A DNA stretch of 64,000 nt, taken from Planctomycetota bacterium. GTDB lineage: Bacteria > Planctomycetota > GCA-002687715 > CAIWVZ01. Below the pieces are notes generated by a model that was not told where the DNA came from, did no database searches, and saw only the letters and a program-made list of their open reading frames with translations. The stretch spans positions 288,001-352,000 of the forward strand of contig JBGANV010000001.1 in the NCBI GenBank assembly GCA_044222185.1, given 5' to 3'. The position numbers were made by a program, and so were the translations under genes. Shown here in pieces: positions 20,731-31,873 of the stretch (its first letter is position 1; the number at the start of each line of letters is the position of its first letter).

Positions 20731-21501
20731 ATGAAGGACGACGGCACGCTCTACTTCGCCGGCCTCTCGGACGTGGGACAGAAGCGCACCGAGAACGAGG
20801 ACCGCTTCGTCTGCTCGACTGACGAGGGGTTCTGCATCCTCGCGGACGGAATGGGCGGCCGCCTCTTCGGCGAGGTCGCGTCACAGATGGCGGTGGAGAT
20901 CCTCGCCCGTCACATCCGCGAGGACTTCCCGGCCTCGTACCGCAAGCTCGACCGCATGGATCAGGGCTGCGTCGCCATCAATCTGCTCAACGAGTGGATC
21001 CGAGACGTCAACCAGAAGATCTGGCGCAAGGGTCAGGAGGACGAGCGGTACCGCGAGATGGGGACGACGATCGTCTGCCTGTTCGCGCTCGACAAGCAGG
21101 TGATCCTGGCGCACGTCGGCGACAGTCGCTGCTACAGGTTGCGCAAGGGTGAGTTCCACCAGCTCACCGACGACCACTCGCTCGTCAACTCCCAGGTGAA
21201 ATCCGGTCACCTCACGGCTCAGGAAGCCCGCGAGGCCAGCCACAAGAACATCATCACGCGGGCCGTCGGGACGTCGGACCAGGTCAAACCGGACCTCGCC
21301 GCCATTCCGCTGCACGTGGGTGACCGGTTCCTCGTGTGTTCGGACGGCCTGTCCGACATGGTCACGGACGACGAGATGCGCAACGTGCTCTCCGCCGCCG
21401 AGACGCTCGAGACCCAGGCGAAGAAGCTCATCGACCTGGCGAACCGCAACGGCGGCCGCGACAACATCACCGCGATCCTGGCGGAGTATCGCGTGGGCTG
21501 A
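20731..21501 (+). CDS. PP2C-family Ser/Thr protein phosphatase (Stp1/PrpC-like)
   Basis: SDVGQKRTENED, ADGMGG, MGTT, HVGDSR, CSDGL, GGRDNIT. Confidence 0.92.
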   Translation: MKDDGTLYFAGLSDVGQKRTENEDRFVCSTDEGFCILADGMGGRLFGEVASQMAVEILARHIREDFPASYRKLDRMDQGCVAINLLNEWIRDVNQKIWRKGQEDERYREMGTTIVCLFALDKQVILAHVGDSRCYRLRKGEFHQLTDDHSLVNSQVKSGHLTAQEAREASHKNIITRAVGTSDQVKPDLAAIPLHVGDRFLVCSDGLSDMVTDDEMRNVLSAAETLETQAKKLIDLANRNGGRDNITAILAEYRVG

Positions 21502-21705
21502 CCGCCGCGTCCGCGCCTCGGCCGCACCGCGGCCTGCGCGTGCCGGGACGACTTCCCGGGACTTGCGGCGGACTCGCCGTCCGGTGGCGCACATCCGTTT
21601 TTTCGCAGGCGCTCGACGCAGCGGCAACGCTCGACACGGCAACCGCTTGCCCGCGCTCGGGCCGCCGGATAAAAATCGGGGCTCGTCTGCCCACAGAAGC
21701 CTGAC

Positions 21706-22725
21706 ATGACCAAGAAGTCCACGCTCGCACCGCGCCTCGACCAGGCGCTACTGCTTCGCATCCACGACCTGATGGTGAAGGCTCGCGTCCTCGAAGAGCG
21801 CATGATCAAGATGAACCGGGATGCGGACGGCTTCTTCTGGATCGGCGGACCAGGCGAGGAGGCGTTCAACGTCCCGCTCGGCCTGCAGGTGAAGAAGGGC
21901 GAAGGTCTCGATCACGACTACCTTCACCTCCACTACCGCAGCAGCGCCATCCTCCTTGCCATGGGCGCGGAGCCCATCGACTCGATCCGACAGATGGCCA
22001 TGAAGGCGACCGACCCCTACTCGGGCGGGCGCAACTTCGCCAATCACTACGCCGTGAAACGCTGGAACGTCGTGCCGATGTCGCCGACGATCGAGACTCA
22101 GTATTCGATCGCGCCCGGAACCGCCCTCGCGCAGAAGCGTCACGGCGGTAGCGGCATCACCATCGTGAACGGGGGAGACGCCGGGTCGGCGGAGGCCGAT
22201 TTCGCGACGTGTCTCGTGTGGTCGACGCGGCCCGGGCAGGAGCTTCCGATTCTCATCCTCGTCGAGAACAACGGCTACGGGATCTCGACGGCGCACGGGA
22301 CGCAGCACGGCGTGCGACACATCGCCGACCGCGCCGTGCCCCACGGGATCCGCACGAAGGTCGTGGACGGCAACGACCCAATCGAATCCTGGTTCGCCAT
22401 TCACGAGGGCATGAAGTACGTGCGGGAGGAACGCCGTCCCTACCTCATCGAGGCGCAGGTGTCGCGGCTCTACGGTCACTCGAGTTCGTCCGGAGCCAAC
22501 CGGATCCAAGAGACCGACTGCATCGCACGCTTCGAGGAGTACCTCACGACTGAGGGTTTCGCGACGCGGCCCCAGCTCGACGCGATCTGGGAGAAGCACA
22601 AGGACGACGTGAACGCGGCCGTGAAGCAGGTCCGCCAGGAGCCGAACCCGGAACCCGACGACATCTGGAAGAACGTCTTCCACGGGACTGACGGATTGGA
22701 CGTCGCGCAGGGCGGAGGGGTCTGA
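21706..22725 (+). CDS. 2-oxoacid dehydrogenase E1 alpha subunit (TPP-dependent; branched-chain or pyruvate type)
   Basis: GDAG..ENNGYGIS TPP motif, VDGND, RLYGHSSS. Confidence 0.88.
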   Translation: MTKKSTLAPRLDQALLLRIHDLMVKARVLEERMIKMNRDADGFFWIGGPGEEAFNVPLGLQVKKGEGLDHDYLHLHYRSSAILLAMGAEPIDSIRQMAMKATDPYSGGRNFANHYAVKRWNVVPMSPTIETQYSIAPGTALAQKRHGGSGITIVNGGDAGSAEADFATCLVWSTRPGQELPILILVENNGYGISTAHGTQHGVRHIADRAVPHGIRTKVVDGNDPIESWFAIHEGMKYVREERRPYLIEAQVSRLYGHSSSSGANRIQETDCIARFEEYLTTEGFATRPQLDAIWEKHKDDVNAAVKQVRQEPNPEPDDIWKNVFHGTDGLDVAQGGGV

Positions 22726-22726
22726 C

Positions 22727-23782
22727 GTGGCGAACATGGCGCAGGCGATCCGGATGGCTCTCGCGTACGGCGAGCAGCATCTCGGCGTGACCGACATCTT
22801 CGGCGAGGACGCCGGGCCTCCGCTCGGCGGCGTCTTCACGGTGACCCAGGGGTTGCGGACGGCGTGGAACTCACCTCTCGACGAGCGCGGCATCGTCGGC
22901 ATGGCGTACGGCCTCGCGCTTGCGGGGCAGAAGCCCGTCGCCGAGATCCAGTTCTGCGACTACATCTTCAACACGATCGATCTGTTGAAGATGGTCGGTA
23001 ACGCCAATTGGGGCTGCAACGGCGAGTTCAACCTGCCGCTCGTCCTCATGACGCCCGTCGGCGCCGGCATCCACGGGTCGATCTATCACTCGCATTCCTT
23101 CGATGCGATGGCGACGCACATCCCCGGTTGGAAGATCGTGTTCCCGTCGACCCCGATCGATGCCTACGGGCTCATGATCGCGGCGCTCAAGGACACAAAT
23201 CCGGTGATGTACTTCAAGCCCAAGGCGCTCATCCGCATCAAGGGCGAGGAACGGATCCCCGGCGAGCCGGAGGACGAGAAGGACCTTCATGCCATGATCG
23301 ACGCCCCGCTGGGGGATCGTTCGAACTGGCAGCCCAAGTGGCCTGCGCTCACGGACTACACGGTCCCCATCGGGAAGGCGCGCATCTGGCGCGAAGGGAC
23401 CCACGGAACCGTCGTGACCTACGGACGCCACGTTCACATGGCCCGTGCGGCCGCCGAGCGGCTCGCTGCCGAAGGAATCGACTTCGAGATCCTCGACCTT
23501 CGCACGCTGTTCCCATACGACTGGGACGCCATCGTCGCATCGGTGCGCAAGACGGGGCGCGTCCTCTTCGTGAACGAGGACACGAGCGTCACGAACTTCG
23601 GCGAGCACCTCTGCCGCCGCATCGTCGACGAGCTCTTCTACGAGCTGGAGGCACCGCCGAAGCTCCTCGCTGGGAAGCACGTTCCCGGTGTGGGGCTCGC
23701 GCCGGTGCTCGAAGAGGCAACCGTGCCCCAGCAGTCCGACGTCGAGTCGGCGATGCGGGCGCTCGCCTCGGTCCCGGCCTGA
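22727..23782 (+). CDS. 2-oxoacid dehydrogenase E1 beta subunit
   Basis: FGED..GGVF..TQGL, PLDERGI, EIQFCDY, YHSHS, DLRTL; adjacent to the alpha gene. Confidence 0.88.
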   Translation: MANMAQAIRMALAYGEQHLGVTDIFGEDAGPPLGGVFTVTQGLRTAWNSPLDERGIVGMAYGLALAGQKPVAEIQFCDYIFNTIDLLKMVGNANWGCNGEFNLPLVLMTPVGAGIHGSIYHSHSFDAMATHIPGWKIVFPSTPIDAYGLMIAALKDTNPVMYFKPKALIRIKGEERIPGEPEDEKDLHAMIDAPLGDRSNWQPKWPALTDYTVPIGKARIWREGTHGTVVTYGRHVHMARAAAERLAAEGIDFEILDLRTLFPYDWDAIVASVRKTGRVLFVNEDTSVTNFGEHLCRRIVDELFYELEAPPKLLAGKHVPGVGLAPVLEEATVPQQSDVESAMRALASVPA

Positions 23783-23797
23783 CCGGGTCCGGCGGTC

Positions 23798-25549
23798 CTA
23801 CCGGTTGCCGAGCGCCGTGCCGCCGGCAGCCGACTGGGGCGGATACTGCACGCTTCCGGCCACGAGCGTCGCAATGACCTGCGTCGTGGGAATCGCCGAC
23901 ACGTCGCAGGTGAGGATGTCGTGGTCGAGGATGACGACGTCGGCATCGAAGCCCGGCAGGAGCCGCCCGCGTCGCCTTTCCATGAACGTGGCCTCGGCGC
24001 CCCAACGCGTCACGGCGAGGATTGCCTCGAGGCGGTTCATGCACTGGTCCGGCGTGAACGGCTGGTCCATTCGTCCGTACGGGTCGCGCCGCGTGAGGGC
24101 CGAGTAGACGTTCGCGAGCGGTGAGAGCGGCTCGACCGGTGCGTCGGTTCCGGCAGGAACGTGCGCACCGCTGTCGAGGAGCGCGCGCCACCGATATCCG
24201 ATCCTCTCGGCGCGCTCCGTCCCGAGTCGCGATCCGACCCACGGGCCGTCCGAGGTCGCGTGACAGGGCTGCATCGACGGGATCACTCCAAGACGCGCGA
24301 AGCGCGGGACGTCCATGGGGTCCACGAGCTGGGCGTGCTCGACGCGGAAGCGGTGGTCGGGACGGTCCTTCTTCGGGCGGAGGGCTTCCTCGAACGAGTT
24401 CAGCACCTCGCGGTTGGCACGATCCCCGATGGCGTGGACGCAGAGCTGGTAGCCGTTCTTCAGCGCGCCCCGCGCCGCGTAGTCGATGACTGATCGATCG
24501 GTGACTGGCAGACCCATGTGTCCCTCTCGATCGGCGTACGGCGCCATCAGCCAGGCACCGCGCGAGCCGAGAGCGCCGTCGGCGTACATCTTGATGGCGC
24601 GCACGGCGAGGGATCCGTGATGGTGATCGAGGAGCGGAGGGCGCGAGAAGACCGCGTCGAGGTCGGCGAGCGTCGAGCACGAGAGCATCCCGTAGACGCG
24701 CAGCCACATGCGACCGTCGTCGTAGAGGCTTGCGAGCCGGAGATAGGACTCCGCCGAATCACCGCAATCGACGAGGGTCGTGATCCCATTTCTCACGGCT
24801 TCGTCCTGCGCCCGGAGCATGTCGCCCACGGCGTCGGCGTCGTTCGAGGCCTTGGCCATCGCGGTCGACATCAGGTCCATGGCGTTGTCGACGAGGACAC
24901 CCGACGGGGCGCCCGTGGCATCACGGAGGATCTCTCCGCCGGACGGATCCGCCGTGGATGCCGTGATCCCCGCAGCTGCGAGCGCCGCCGAGTTCGCCCA
25001 CAGCGCGTGACCGTCCGTGCGCGACAACGCCACCGGGTGATCGCCGCTCACCGCATCCAGCGTCGTCCGCGTCGGCCACGCGTGGTTCGTCCAACGTTCC
25101 TGATTCCAGCCGCCGCCCAGGATCCACGTCCCAGGTGCCGCACCAGCTGCCGTCGCTTGAACGCGCGATACGGCGTCGGCCTCGGACGTCGTCGAGGAGA
25201 GGTCGAGCTCTCGCGCCGCGCGCCCGATCCCACGCAGGTGGGCGTGCGATTCGATGAACCCGGGGAGCGCGACGCCTCCATCAGGGACTCGGATCACCTG
25301 GGTGCGAGTCGTGACGCGCGACATGGCGAGCTCCGCCGTCGTCAGCCGTTCGATGACTCCGCCCTTCAGGACGAGTGCGCCGGCGACCGGCCGCGCATCG
25401 TCGAGGGTGCGGATCGTCCCGAGGATCACGATGTCCGCGCCATCTTCCGGGGTCGCGGGTGACGGGATCGGCGCCGCATCCGGTGCGGCGCAGGACGACG
25501 CGAGGACGACGAAGGCGAGCAGGACGAGGCTGATGGGGTTCGTGCGCAT
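23798..25549 (-). CDS. YtcJ-like amidohydrolase (Amidohydro_3), predicted lipoprotein
   Basis: Lipobox LASSC; PGFIESHAH, KMYADGALGSRGA, HAIGDRA, RVEHAQ, GTDAPVE. Confidence 0.88.
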   Translation of the reverse strand: MRTNPISLVLLAFVVLASSCAAPDAAPIPSPATPEDGADIVILGTIRTLDDARPVAGALVLKGGVIERLTTAELAMSRVTTRTQVIRVPDGGVALPGFIESHAHLRGIGRAARELDLSSTTSEADAVSRVQATAAGAAPGTWILGGGWNQERWTNHAWPTRTTLDAVSGDHPVALSRTDGHALWANSAALAAAGITASTADPSGGEILRDATGAPSGVLVDNAMDLMSTAMAKASNDADAVGDMLRAQDEAVRNGITTLVDCGDSAESYLRLASLYDDGRMWLRVYGMLSCSTLADLDAVFSRPPLLDHHHGSLAVRAIKMYADGALGSRGAWLMAPYADREGHMGLPVTDRSVIDYAARGALKNGYQLCVHAIGDRANREVLNSFEEALRPKKDRPDHRFRVEHAQLVDPMDVPRFARLGVIPSMQPCHATSDGPWVGSRLGTERAERIGYRWRALLDSGAHVPAGTDAPVEPLSPLANVYSALTRRDPYGRMDQPFTPDQCMNRLEAILAVTRWGAEATFMERRRGRLLPGFDADVVILDHDILTCDVSAIPTTQVIATLVAGSVQYPPQSAAGGTALGNR

Positions 25550-25748
25550 CGTTTCTTTCCCTGATTCGGTGCAGACGGTAACCGCGAGCCCGTCGGGGGC
25601 TAATGCCGATGGTGGCGACCGGGAAGTCTGGACGGCGCGACGCCGTCTGCTTATTCCGTCGATCCGTCGACGCCTTGTTCCCCGCGTACAATCCGCCGCC
25701 TCGGACGCGCCCCGGCCGTTCGGCCGGCCGTGGATCGACACGAATTCC

Positions 25749-26593
<845 letters not shown>

Positions 26594-26597
<4 letters not shown>

Positions 26598-27385
26598 ACG
26601 GCGCCCTCGTCCGTTTCGTCCTGCGCCGTCACCGCGTCACGTTCCTGCTCTGCTTCCTCGTGCCCGTTCTCGTGGGAACGGTCATCGGCATCGCGTACCC
26701 CATGTACGCGCGCGAGCGGGAGGCCTTCGGTCGCATGACGAAGGTCCTCGGGAAGCTGCTCGACGGCTTGGACCTGTTGTCCGTGCAGGGCTTCGTCGCG
26801 CTCGTTCACAAACACTTCCTGAGCATCGCGGCGATCGCGATCTTCGCCGCCACACCCGCCTTGACGCTGCTCTCGCAGGAACGCGCACGAGGGACCCTCG
26901 ATCTCATCATGGCGACTCCGCTTCGGCGACGGGAGCTCGTCCGCAGCCTCGCGGTCGCGATGATGTTCGCCGATCTGTTCATCGGGTTCGCACCGCTCGT
27001 CGGCGTCATGGTCGGAGCCGAGATCGCGGGGATCCGCGATCAGGTGCCGTGGGGTGACTGCACCGTCCTCGCGCTGAACCTCGCCATGGTGGCCTGGACG
27101 TTGTCGGCCGTGGGACTGCTGATCGCCGTAAGAGCCGACGACCTCGGGCGCGGCGTCGCGCGCTATGTCGGCGCCGTGTTCGTGCTGGTCGCGATCGAGG
27201 TCGTGGCGCGGCTCTGGAAGCACGCCGACGTCCTGAGGTGGTTCACGCCGTTCGGGTACCTGCGGCTTCCCGGAGTCGATCCCGAGGCGTGGAGCCCGTG
27301 GGCGTCGATTTCGGTCCTGGCGGTGGTCACCGTGGCGATCGTCGCGGTCGCCGAACTGCTGATGGACCGCCGCCGTCGCGTGTGA
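26594..27385 (+). CDS. ABC-2 type transporter permease
   Basis: About 6 TM segments; ERARGTLDLIMATPLRR motif; GTGA overlap with the ATPase stop. Confidence 0.82.
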
Positions 27386-27404
27386 TCGGCGGCGGGAGCG
27401 ATCG

Positions 27405-28325
27405 TCACAGGATCTTGCGGGCGCGTCGGACCATCCAGTCGTCGTCCCAGTCACGGTTCTGACGGGAGACGAGCAGGTAGACCGTCTTGTTGCGCAAGAC
27501 GAGCACGACGTCGCACGTGGAGCATTGATCGATGCGGATCTCGTGCGCCTTGTCCTGCTGGATGGTCTTCAGCTTGGGGATCTGCTTCTCGGCCAGCGAC
27601 GTCGGAATGGCGTAGAACGCGATCTCGCGATCACCGTAGTCGACGAGCGCTTGAGGGATCCAGGTGTCGTTCCACTTGAGCACTTCGCCGCCGACGAACT
27701 CGCCGCCGTCGAGCAGCCCCTGGGGAAGCTCGAACCCGGCACCGAGCTGGTCTTGGACCTGCTTCGTGAAACCGTCGAGGTCGACGAGCTTGCGATCCGG
27801 GAGGTCCTGCGTCGCGAGGTTCGCACGCGTCAGCGTCACGCTCGGGTCCAACCCCTTCACCAGTTCGTCATAGCGGGCTCCGACGAATGCAACGAGCGGC
27901 CCGTGGACCGAGTGATCGTGGGTTCGCTCCTTGTGATCACGCCCCGGCTGCGGGGTCGCGGCCACGAAGGTCGGCGTCTGGCCCGGGTTCCGTGGCGTGG
28001 CGTTCGTTTCCCGCGAATCGAGCGAGATCGCGAAGAGGATGGCCGCAGCCGCGGCGGTGATGCCCGCGGGGATCAGCCAGCGCGAGACGCGGCTGCGCCA
28101 GATCGCGCGCCGCAGTTCCCTTCGGAAGCGCGACGCCGAGGCCTCAGGGCAACGGTCTTTCACGAGCCGTGCGCGGACCGACGTCCACATGCGGCTCTCC
28201 GAGTTGACGATCGCCTGGCACGCCGAGCACGCGTTCAGGTGCTCGAGCACCGCCACGTTGTCCTTGACGGACAACTCGTCGTCGAGGAACGGGTCCAGGT
28301 GAGTTCGGCAGGTCTGGCAGTTCAC
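27405..28325 (-). CDS. Zinc-finger (zf-HC2) transmembrane anti-sigma factor
   Basis: MNCQTC..DDELS..EHLNACSAC (HxxxCxxC), one TM helix, extracytoplasmic domain; coupled to the ECF gene. Confidence 0.85.
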   Translation of the reverse strand: MNCQTCRTHLDPFLDDELSVKDNVAVLEHLNACSACQAIVNSESRMWTSVRARLVKDRCPEASASRFRRELRRAIWRSRVSRWLIPAGITAAAAAILFAISLDSRETNATPRNPGQTPTFVAATPQPGRDHKERTHDHSVHGPLVAFVGARYDELVKGLDPSVTLTRANLATQDLPDRKLVDLDGFTKQVQDQLGAGFELPQGLLDGGEFVGGEVLKWNDTWIPQALVDYGDREIAFYAIPTSLAEKQIPKLKTIQQDKAHEIRIDQCSTCDVVLVLRNKTVYLLVSRQNRDWDDDWMVRRARKIL

Positions 28326-28909
28326 GAGGCTCTCTTTTCGGTCCGGTTCGCGTCGGTCGGGTACCCGTGATGGCGCGCGAACGACGCCAATCGGTCCTGC
28401 AGCATCCTTCGACTTCGGAAGAGGCGCGACATGACGGTGCCGAGGGGACAGTCCATCACTTCCGCGATCTCCCGGTACTTGAGTCCCTCGATCGTGGACA
28501 GCATGAAGACCATGCGGAGCTCGGCGGGGAGCTCCTCGATGGCGAGCTTGATGCGGTCGTCCACGGCTTCGAGTACCGCCTTTTCACGCTCGGCGAGGGT
28601 GGGGCGGTTCAGTTCGGCTTCCAGCGACTCCGGCGCTTCGATCTCGGGGATCGACTCGATCTCGCAGCCGGCGACGTGGCGCTCTCGGGTCATGCTCACG
28701 AACACCGTGTAGAGCACCCGGAAGATCCAGGCCTTGAAGTTCGTGCCCGGGGAAAACGACCCGAAGAAGCGAAACCCCTTCAGGAGCGTCTCCTGGACCA
28801 GATCGTCCGCCACGTTGGCGTCCTTCGTCAGGCGCACTGCCGTGCGATGGAGCGCATCGAGGTTCGGCTCGATTTCGCGTTGGAATACGTCTGGCTGGGC
28901 TCGGGGCAT
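28322..28909 (-). CDS. ECF RNA polymerase sigma factor
   Basis: ADDLVQET..NFKAWIFRV region 2; EGLKYREIAEVMDCPLGTVMSRLFRSR region 4. Confidence 0.92.
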   Translation of the reverse strand: MPRAQPDVFQREIEPNLDALHRTAVRLTKDANVADDLVQETLLKGFRFFGSFSPGTNFKAWIFRVLYTVFVSMTRERHVAGCEIESIPEIEAPESLEAELNRPTLAEREKAVLEAVDDRIKLAIEELPAELRMVFMLSTIEGLKYREIAEVMDCPLGTVMSRLFRSRRMLQDRLASFARHHGYPTDANRTEKRAS

Positions 28910-29160
28910 CGACTGGTCACCGGCGGGGCGCGCCTCAAGGCTCAGCGATGCTAACGCTGCGATGCGACCCGGTATTCACCTCCGTGCTCCGGCAGGGAGC
29001 GGCCGCCTCGACTGAATAATGAGTCGCGCTCGGGCGTTCGTCAGAGCCGATTCGGGCTTCGGGCCTCGTCAGTCCTCGGGCGCGAGCCGGTCGTAGACGC
29101 CGGATGAAAAATCCATAGACTGTCGCCCCTCGAAACCACCCACCTCCCGGAGGCGCGTTG

Positions 29161-30726
29161 ATGCTGCGAGGAATACCCCGAGTGCTCGAACTGGCCCTGG
29201 CTGTGGCGGTGCTGGTGCCGTCGGCGCTCGGCCAGGAAGCGGCGCTCGTTCTCCGAGGTGCGAAGGTCCATGCGAAGCCCGGGGTCGTCCTCGAAAACGC
29301 CGATGTCCTCGTCGAGCACGGCCTGATCAAGGGCGTGGGCGAGAAGCTGACCGTCCCCGAGGGTGCGACGATCGTGGACCTCGCCGGCCAGGACCTGTGG
29401 CCCGCCTTCATCGATCCGTTGAACGACGCCTTGCTCGAGCCTGATCACCGTGCGCGCGGCACGTTCGGGCCGGCGGATCGGACGGTGGACGCCTACGACC
29501 CGTTCCGCGCCACCGACAACACCGCCATGCTCCGGGCCGGAGTGGGCGCCGTCGGACTTGGCACCTGGCCCCAGGGCATTCGTGGCGGCGTGATCTCCGT
29601 GCTGGAGGTCGCCGAGGCGCCGGGTGAACCCGCCTTTCTTGGGAAGGACCAGATCGTGCTCGCGGAGATGGGGACGCAGGGACGGGACGAGCCGGCCGCT
29701 CCGGACGGCATGCCCCGTGGTCGCGGCCGACGCCCGCAGTTCCAGGACTTCCCGTTCCAGGGCGCGCCCGCGCTTCTTTCGACGTCCCTCGTGACGCGCG
29801 AGGCGCAGGCCCGCGCCGTCGACGAACTCGTCGAGGGCGGACGCCGCTACAAGGAAGCGTGGGAGAAATACGAGAAGGACTTCGAGGAGTACAAGAAGAA
29901 GCTCGAGGAGTGGGAGAAGTCCAAGGGGACGGGTTCTCGACCAGCGAGCCGGCCCGCGCCGTCGGACACCGAGTCCAAGCCGCCCGAGCGCCCGACCGGG
30001 CAGGGATTCCCGCCCGACTTCCGCAACTGGCCCCGTGAGAAGCGCCAGCAATGGCTGCGCGAAAACATGGGACGGGCCCCGGCGGAGGGGGCGCGTCCCA
30101 CGGCGGACACGTCGTCGGCGCCATCCACCGACGGCAAGCCGAAGCCACCAGAGAAGCCCCGAACGGAGCCCGCGAAGGACGCGCTGATCGCGGTGCTCAA
30201 GCGCGAGCGTCCACTCTGGGTTGCCGCGCATTGGGTGCAGGACATCGAGGCCGCGCTCGACCTCGCCAAGGCGAAGAAGATCCGGATTGCTCTGATGGGC
30301 GCCTCGGAGGCGTGGCGCGCCCTCGATCGTGTGAAGAAGGAGCACGTCACCGTGCTTCTGCGGTCACCCGGCGTAGCGGATGCGGACTCGCTCGATCGCA
30401 TCGCCGAGCCTGATGATCTCTGCGCCCGCTTGAGTCGCGCCGGTGTTCCCGTGGCGTTCTGCACGGCGGGCGACTCCCGGGTGGGCGCGGCGGGCGCGGC
30501 ACTCGCGGCGGCAACGGGGATCGGACGCGGCATGAGCGAAGACGCGGCGCTGGCCGCCGTCACGGTCAACGCTGCGCGCGTGCTCGGTCTCGAGAAGAAA
30601 CTCGGAACGATCGAAGTCGGCAAGACGGCGAACCTCTTCGCAACGCACGGTTCACCGTTCGCGCCGTCGGCCTCCGCGACGACGACGGTCAGCGGCGGGA
30701 AGCTGCGCTCGTGGGAGACGAAGTGA
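29161..30726 (+). CDS. Secreted amidohydrolase-family paralogue 1 (metal HxH absent)
   Basis: GGAGG RBS; signal peptide; PAFIDPLN in place of PGxIDxHxH; C-terminal GTIEVGKTANL. Confidence 0.8.
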   Translation: MLRGIPRVLELALAVAVLVPSALGQEAALVLRGAKVHAKPGVVLENADVLVEHGLIKGVGEKLTVPEGATIVDLAGQDLWPAFIDPLNDALLEPDHRARGTFGPADRTVDAYDPFRATDNTAMLRAGVGAVGLGTWPQGIRGGVISVLEVAEAPGEPAFLGKDQIVLAEMGTQGRDEPAAPDGMPRGRGRRPQFQDFPFQGAPALLSTSLVTREAQARAVDELVEGGRRYKEAWEKYEKDFEEYKKKLEEWEKSKGTGSRPASRPAPSDTESKPPERPTGQGFPPDFRNWPREKRQQWLRENMGRAPAEGARPTADTSSAPSTDGKPKPPEKPRTEPAKDALIAVLKRERPLWVAAHWVQDIEAALDLAKAKKIRIALMGASEAWRALDRVKKEHVTVLLRSPGVADADSLDRIAEPDDLCARLSRAGVPVAFCTAGDSRVGAAGAALAAATGIGRGMSEDAALAAVTVNAARVLGLEKKLGTIEVGKTANLFATHGSPFAPSASATTTVSGGKLRSWETK

Positions 30727-30727
30727 A

Positions 30728-31873
30728 ATGAATTCCGCCACCAGGCTGCTCTGCATCGCGGCCACACTCGCGGCAGCGGTCGCCGCGCAGGATCCATCCG
30801 GAGGAGGCTCGTCGCTCGTCATCCGCGCCGCGTCGATCCACACGCTCGCTGGTGAGGCCATCCGTGACGGGCAGGTCGTGATCTCCGACGGCAAGGTTCT
30901 CGCCGTCGGACCGAGAACGGACGGCCGATCCTCCGGTGAGACGATCGAACTGGGAAACGCAGTCGTCTATCCGGGGTTCATCGATGCCGCGTCGACCGTG
31001 GCGATCCGTCGTGAACGCGACGACACGACCCGCGCGTGGCAGCCCGCATTGCGGATGGCCGAGGCCTTCGACCCGGGTCACCCGTATTTCGCCGAGGCGC
31101 TGGCGTTTGGCGTGACGTGCGTCCACCTCGTTCCCGGCGACAAGAACGTCCTCGGTGGGCAGTCGGCCGTCGTGAAGGTCTCCACTGCGGGGAACCGCGC
31201 CCGCGTGCTCGCGCCGGACACTGGTCTGAAGGTGAGCCTGTGCGAGGCCGAGTACGCCGACGGTCGGGCTCCCACGTCCCTTGCCGGGGCCCTGTCGGGC
31301 CTGCGAAAGCCTGAGGCCGATGCTGCGGCGATCGTCGATCGATTCCGCGACGGCAAGCGGCCCGTGTTCGTCTCCGCACGCACCGATCGCGAATGGGCCG
31401 TCGCGACCGGGCTGAAGTCGATGTTCGGCTTCCGGACGATCCTCTGCGCCGACTCTGCCTGCGGCCGCTTCGTCGGCTCGTTCCAGAACTCCATCGGCGG
31501 CGTCGTGATCGATCCCGTGGGCGCCTCGCTCCGAACGTTCGAGCGCGACGCGCTCCAGGGGCTCGCCCGCTCGGAACTGCCTCTCGCGTTCGGATCGTTC
31601 GGTTCGGGTGCGGGCGCGTCGGCGGTCCGAAGCTCGGCCGTCAATGCGTTCCGTGGTGGCGTGGCCGAGGAGCGGATCCTGCGCTCGCTCACGATGGACG
31701 CCGCGCGCATCCTCGGCGTCGCGACGCGCGTCGGCTCGCTCGAGAAGGGCAAGGACGGTGATCTCGTCGCACTGTCGGCCCCGGTGACGGATCCACGGGC
31801 GCGCGTCCTGCTCGTCGTGCAGGACGGGATCGTCGTCCACCGAGAGGCGAAGACCGGAGAGAAGGCTCGATGA
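30728..31873 (+). CDS. Secreted amidohydrolase-family paralogue 2 (metal HxH absent)
   Basis: Signal peptide; PGFIDAAST; GSLEKGKDGDL. Confidence 0.8.
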   Translation: MNSATRLLCIAATLAAAVAAQDPSGGGSSLVIRAASIHTLAGEAIRDGQVVISDGKVLAVGPRTDGRSSGETIELGNAVVYPGFIDAASTVAIRRERDDTTRAWQPALRMAEAFDPGHPYFAEALAFGVTCVHLVPGDKNVLGGQSAVVKVSTAGNRARVLAPDTGLKVSLCEAEYADGRAPTSLAGALSGLRKPEADAAAIVDRFRDGKRPVFVSARTDREWAVATGLKSMFGFRTILCADSACGRFVGSFQNSIGGVVIDPVGASLRTFERDALQGLARSELPLAFGSFGSGAGASAVRSSAVNAFRGGVAEERILRSLTMDAARILGVATRVGSLEKGKDGDLVALSAPVTDPRARVLLVVQDGIVVHREAKTGEKAR

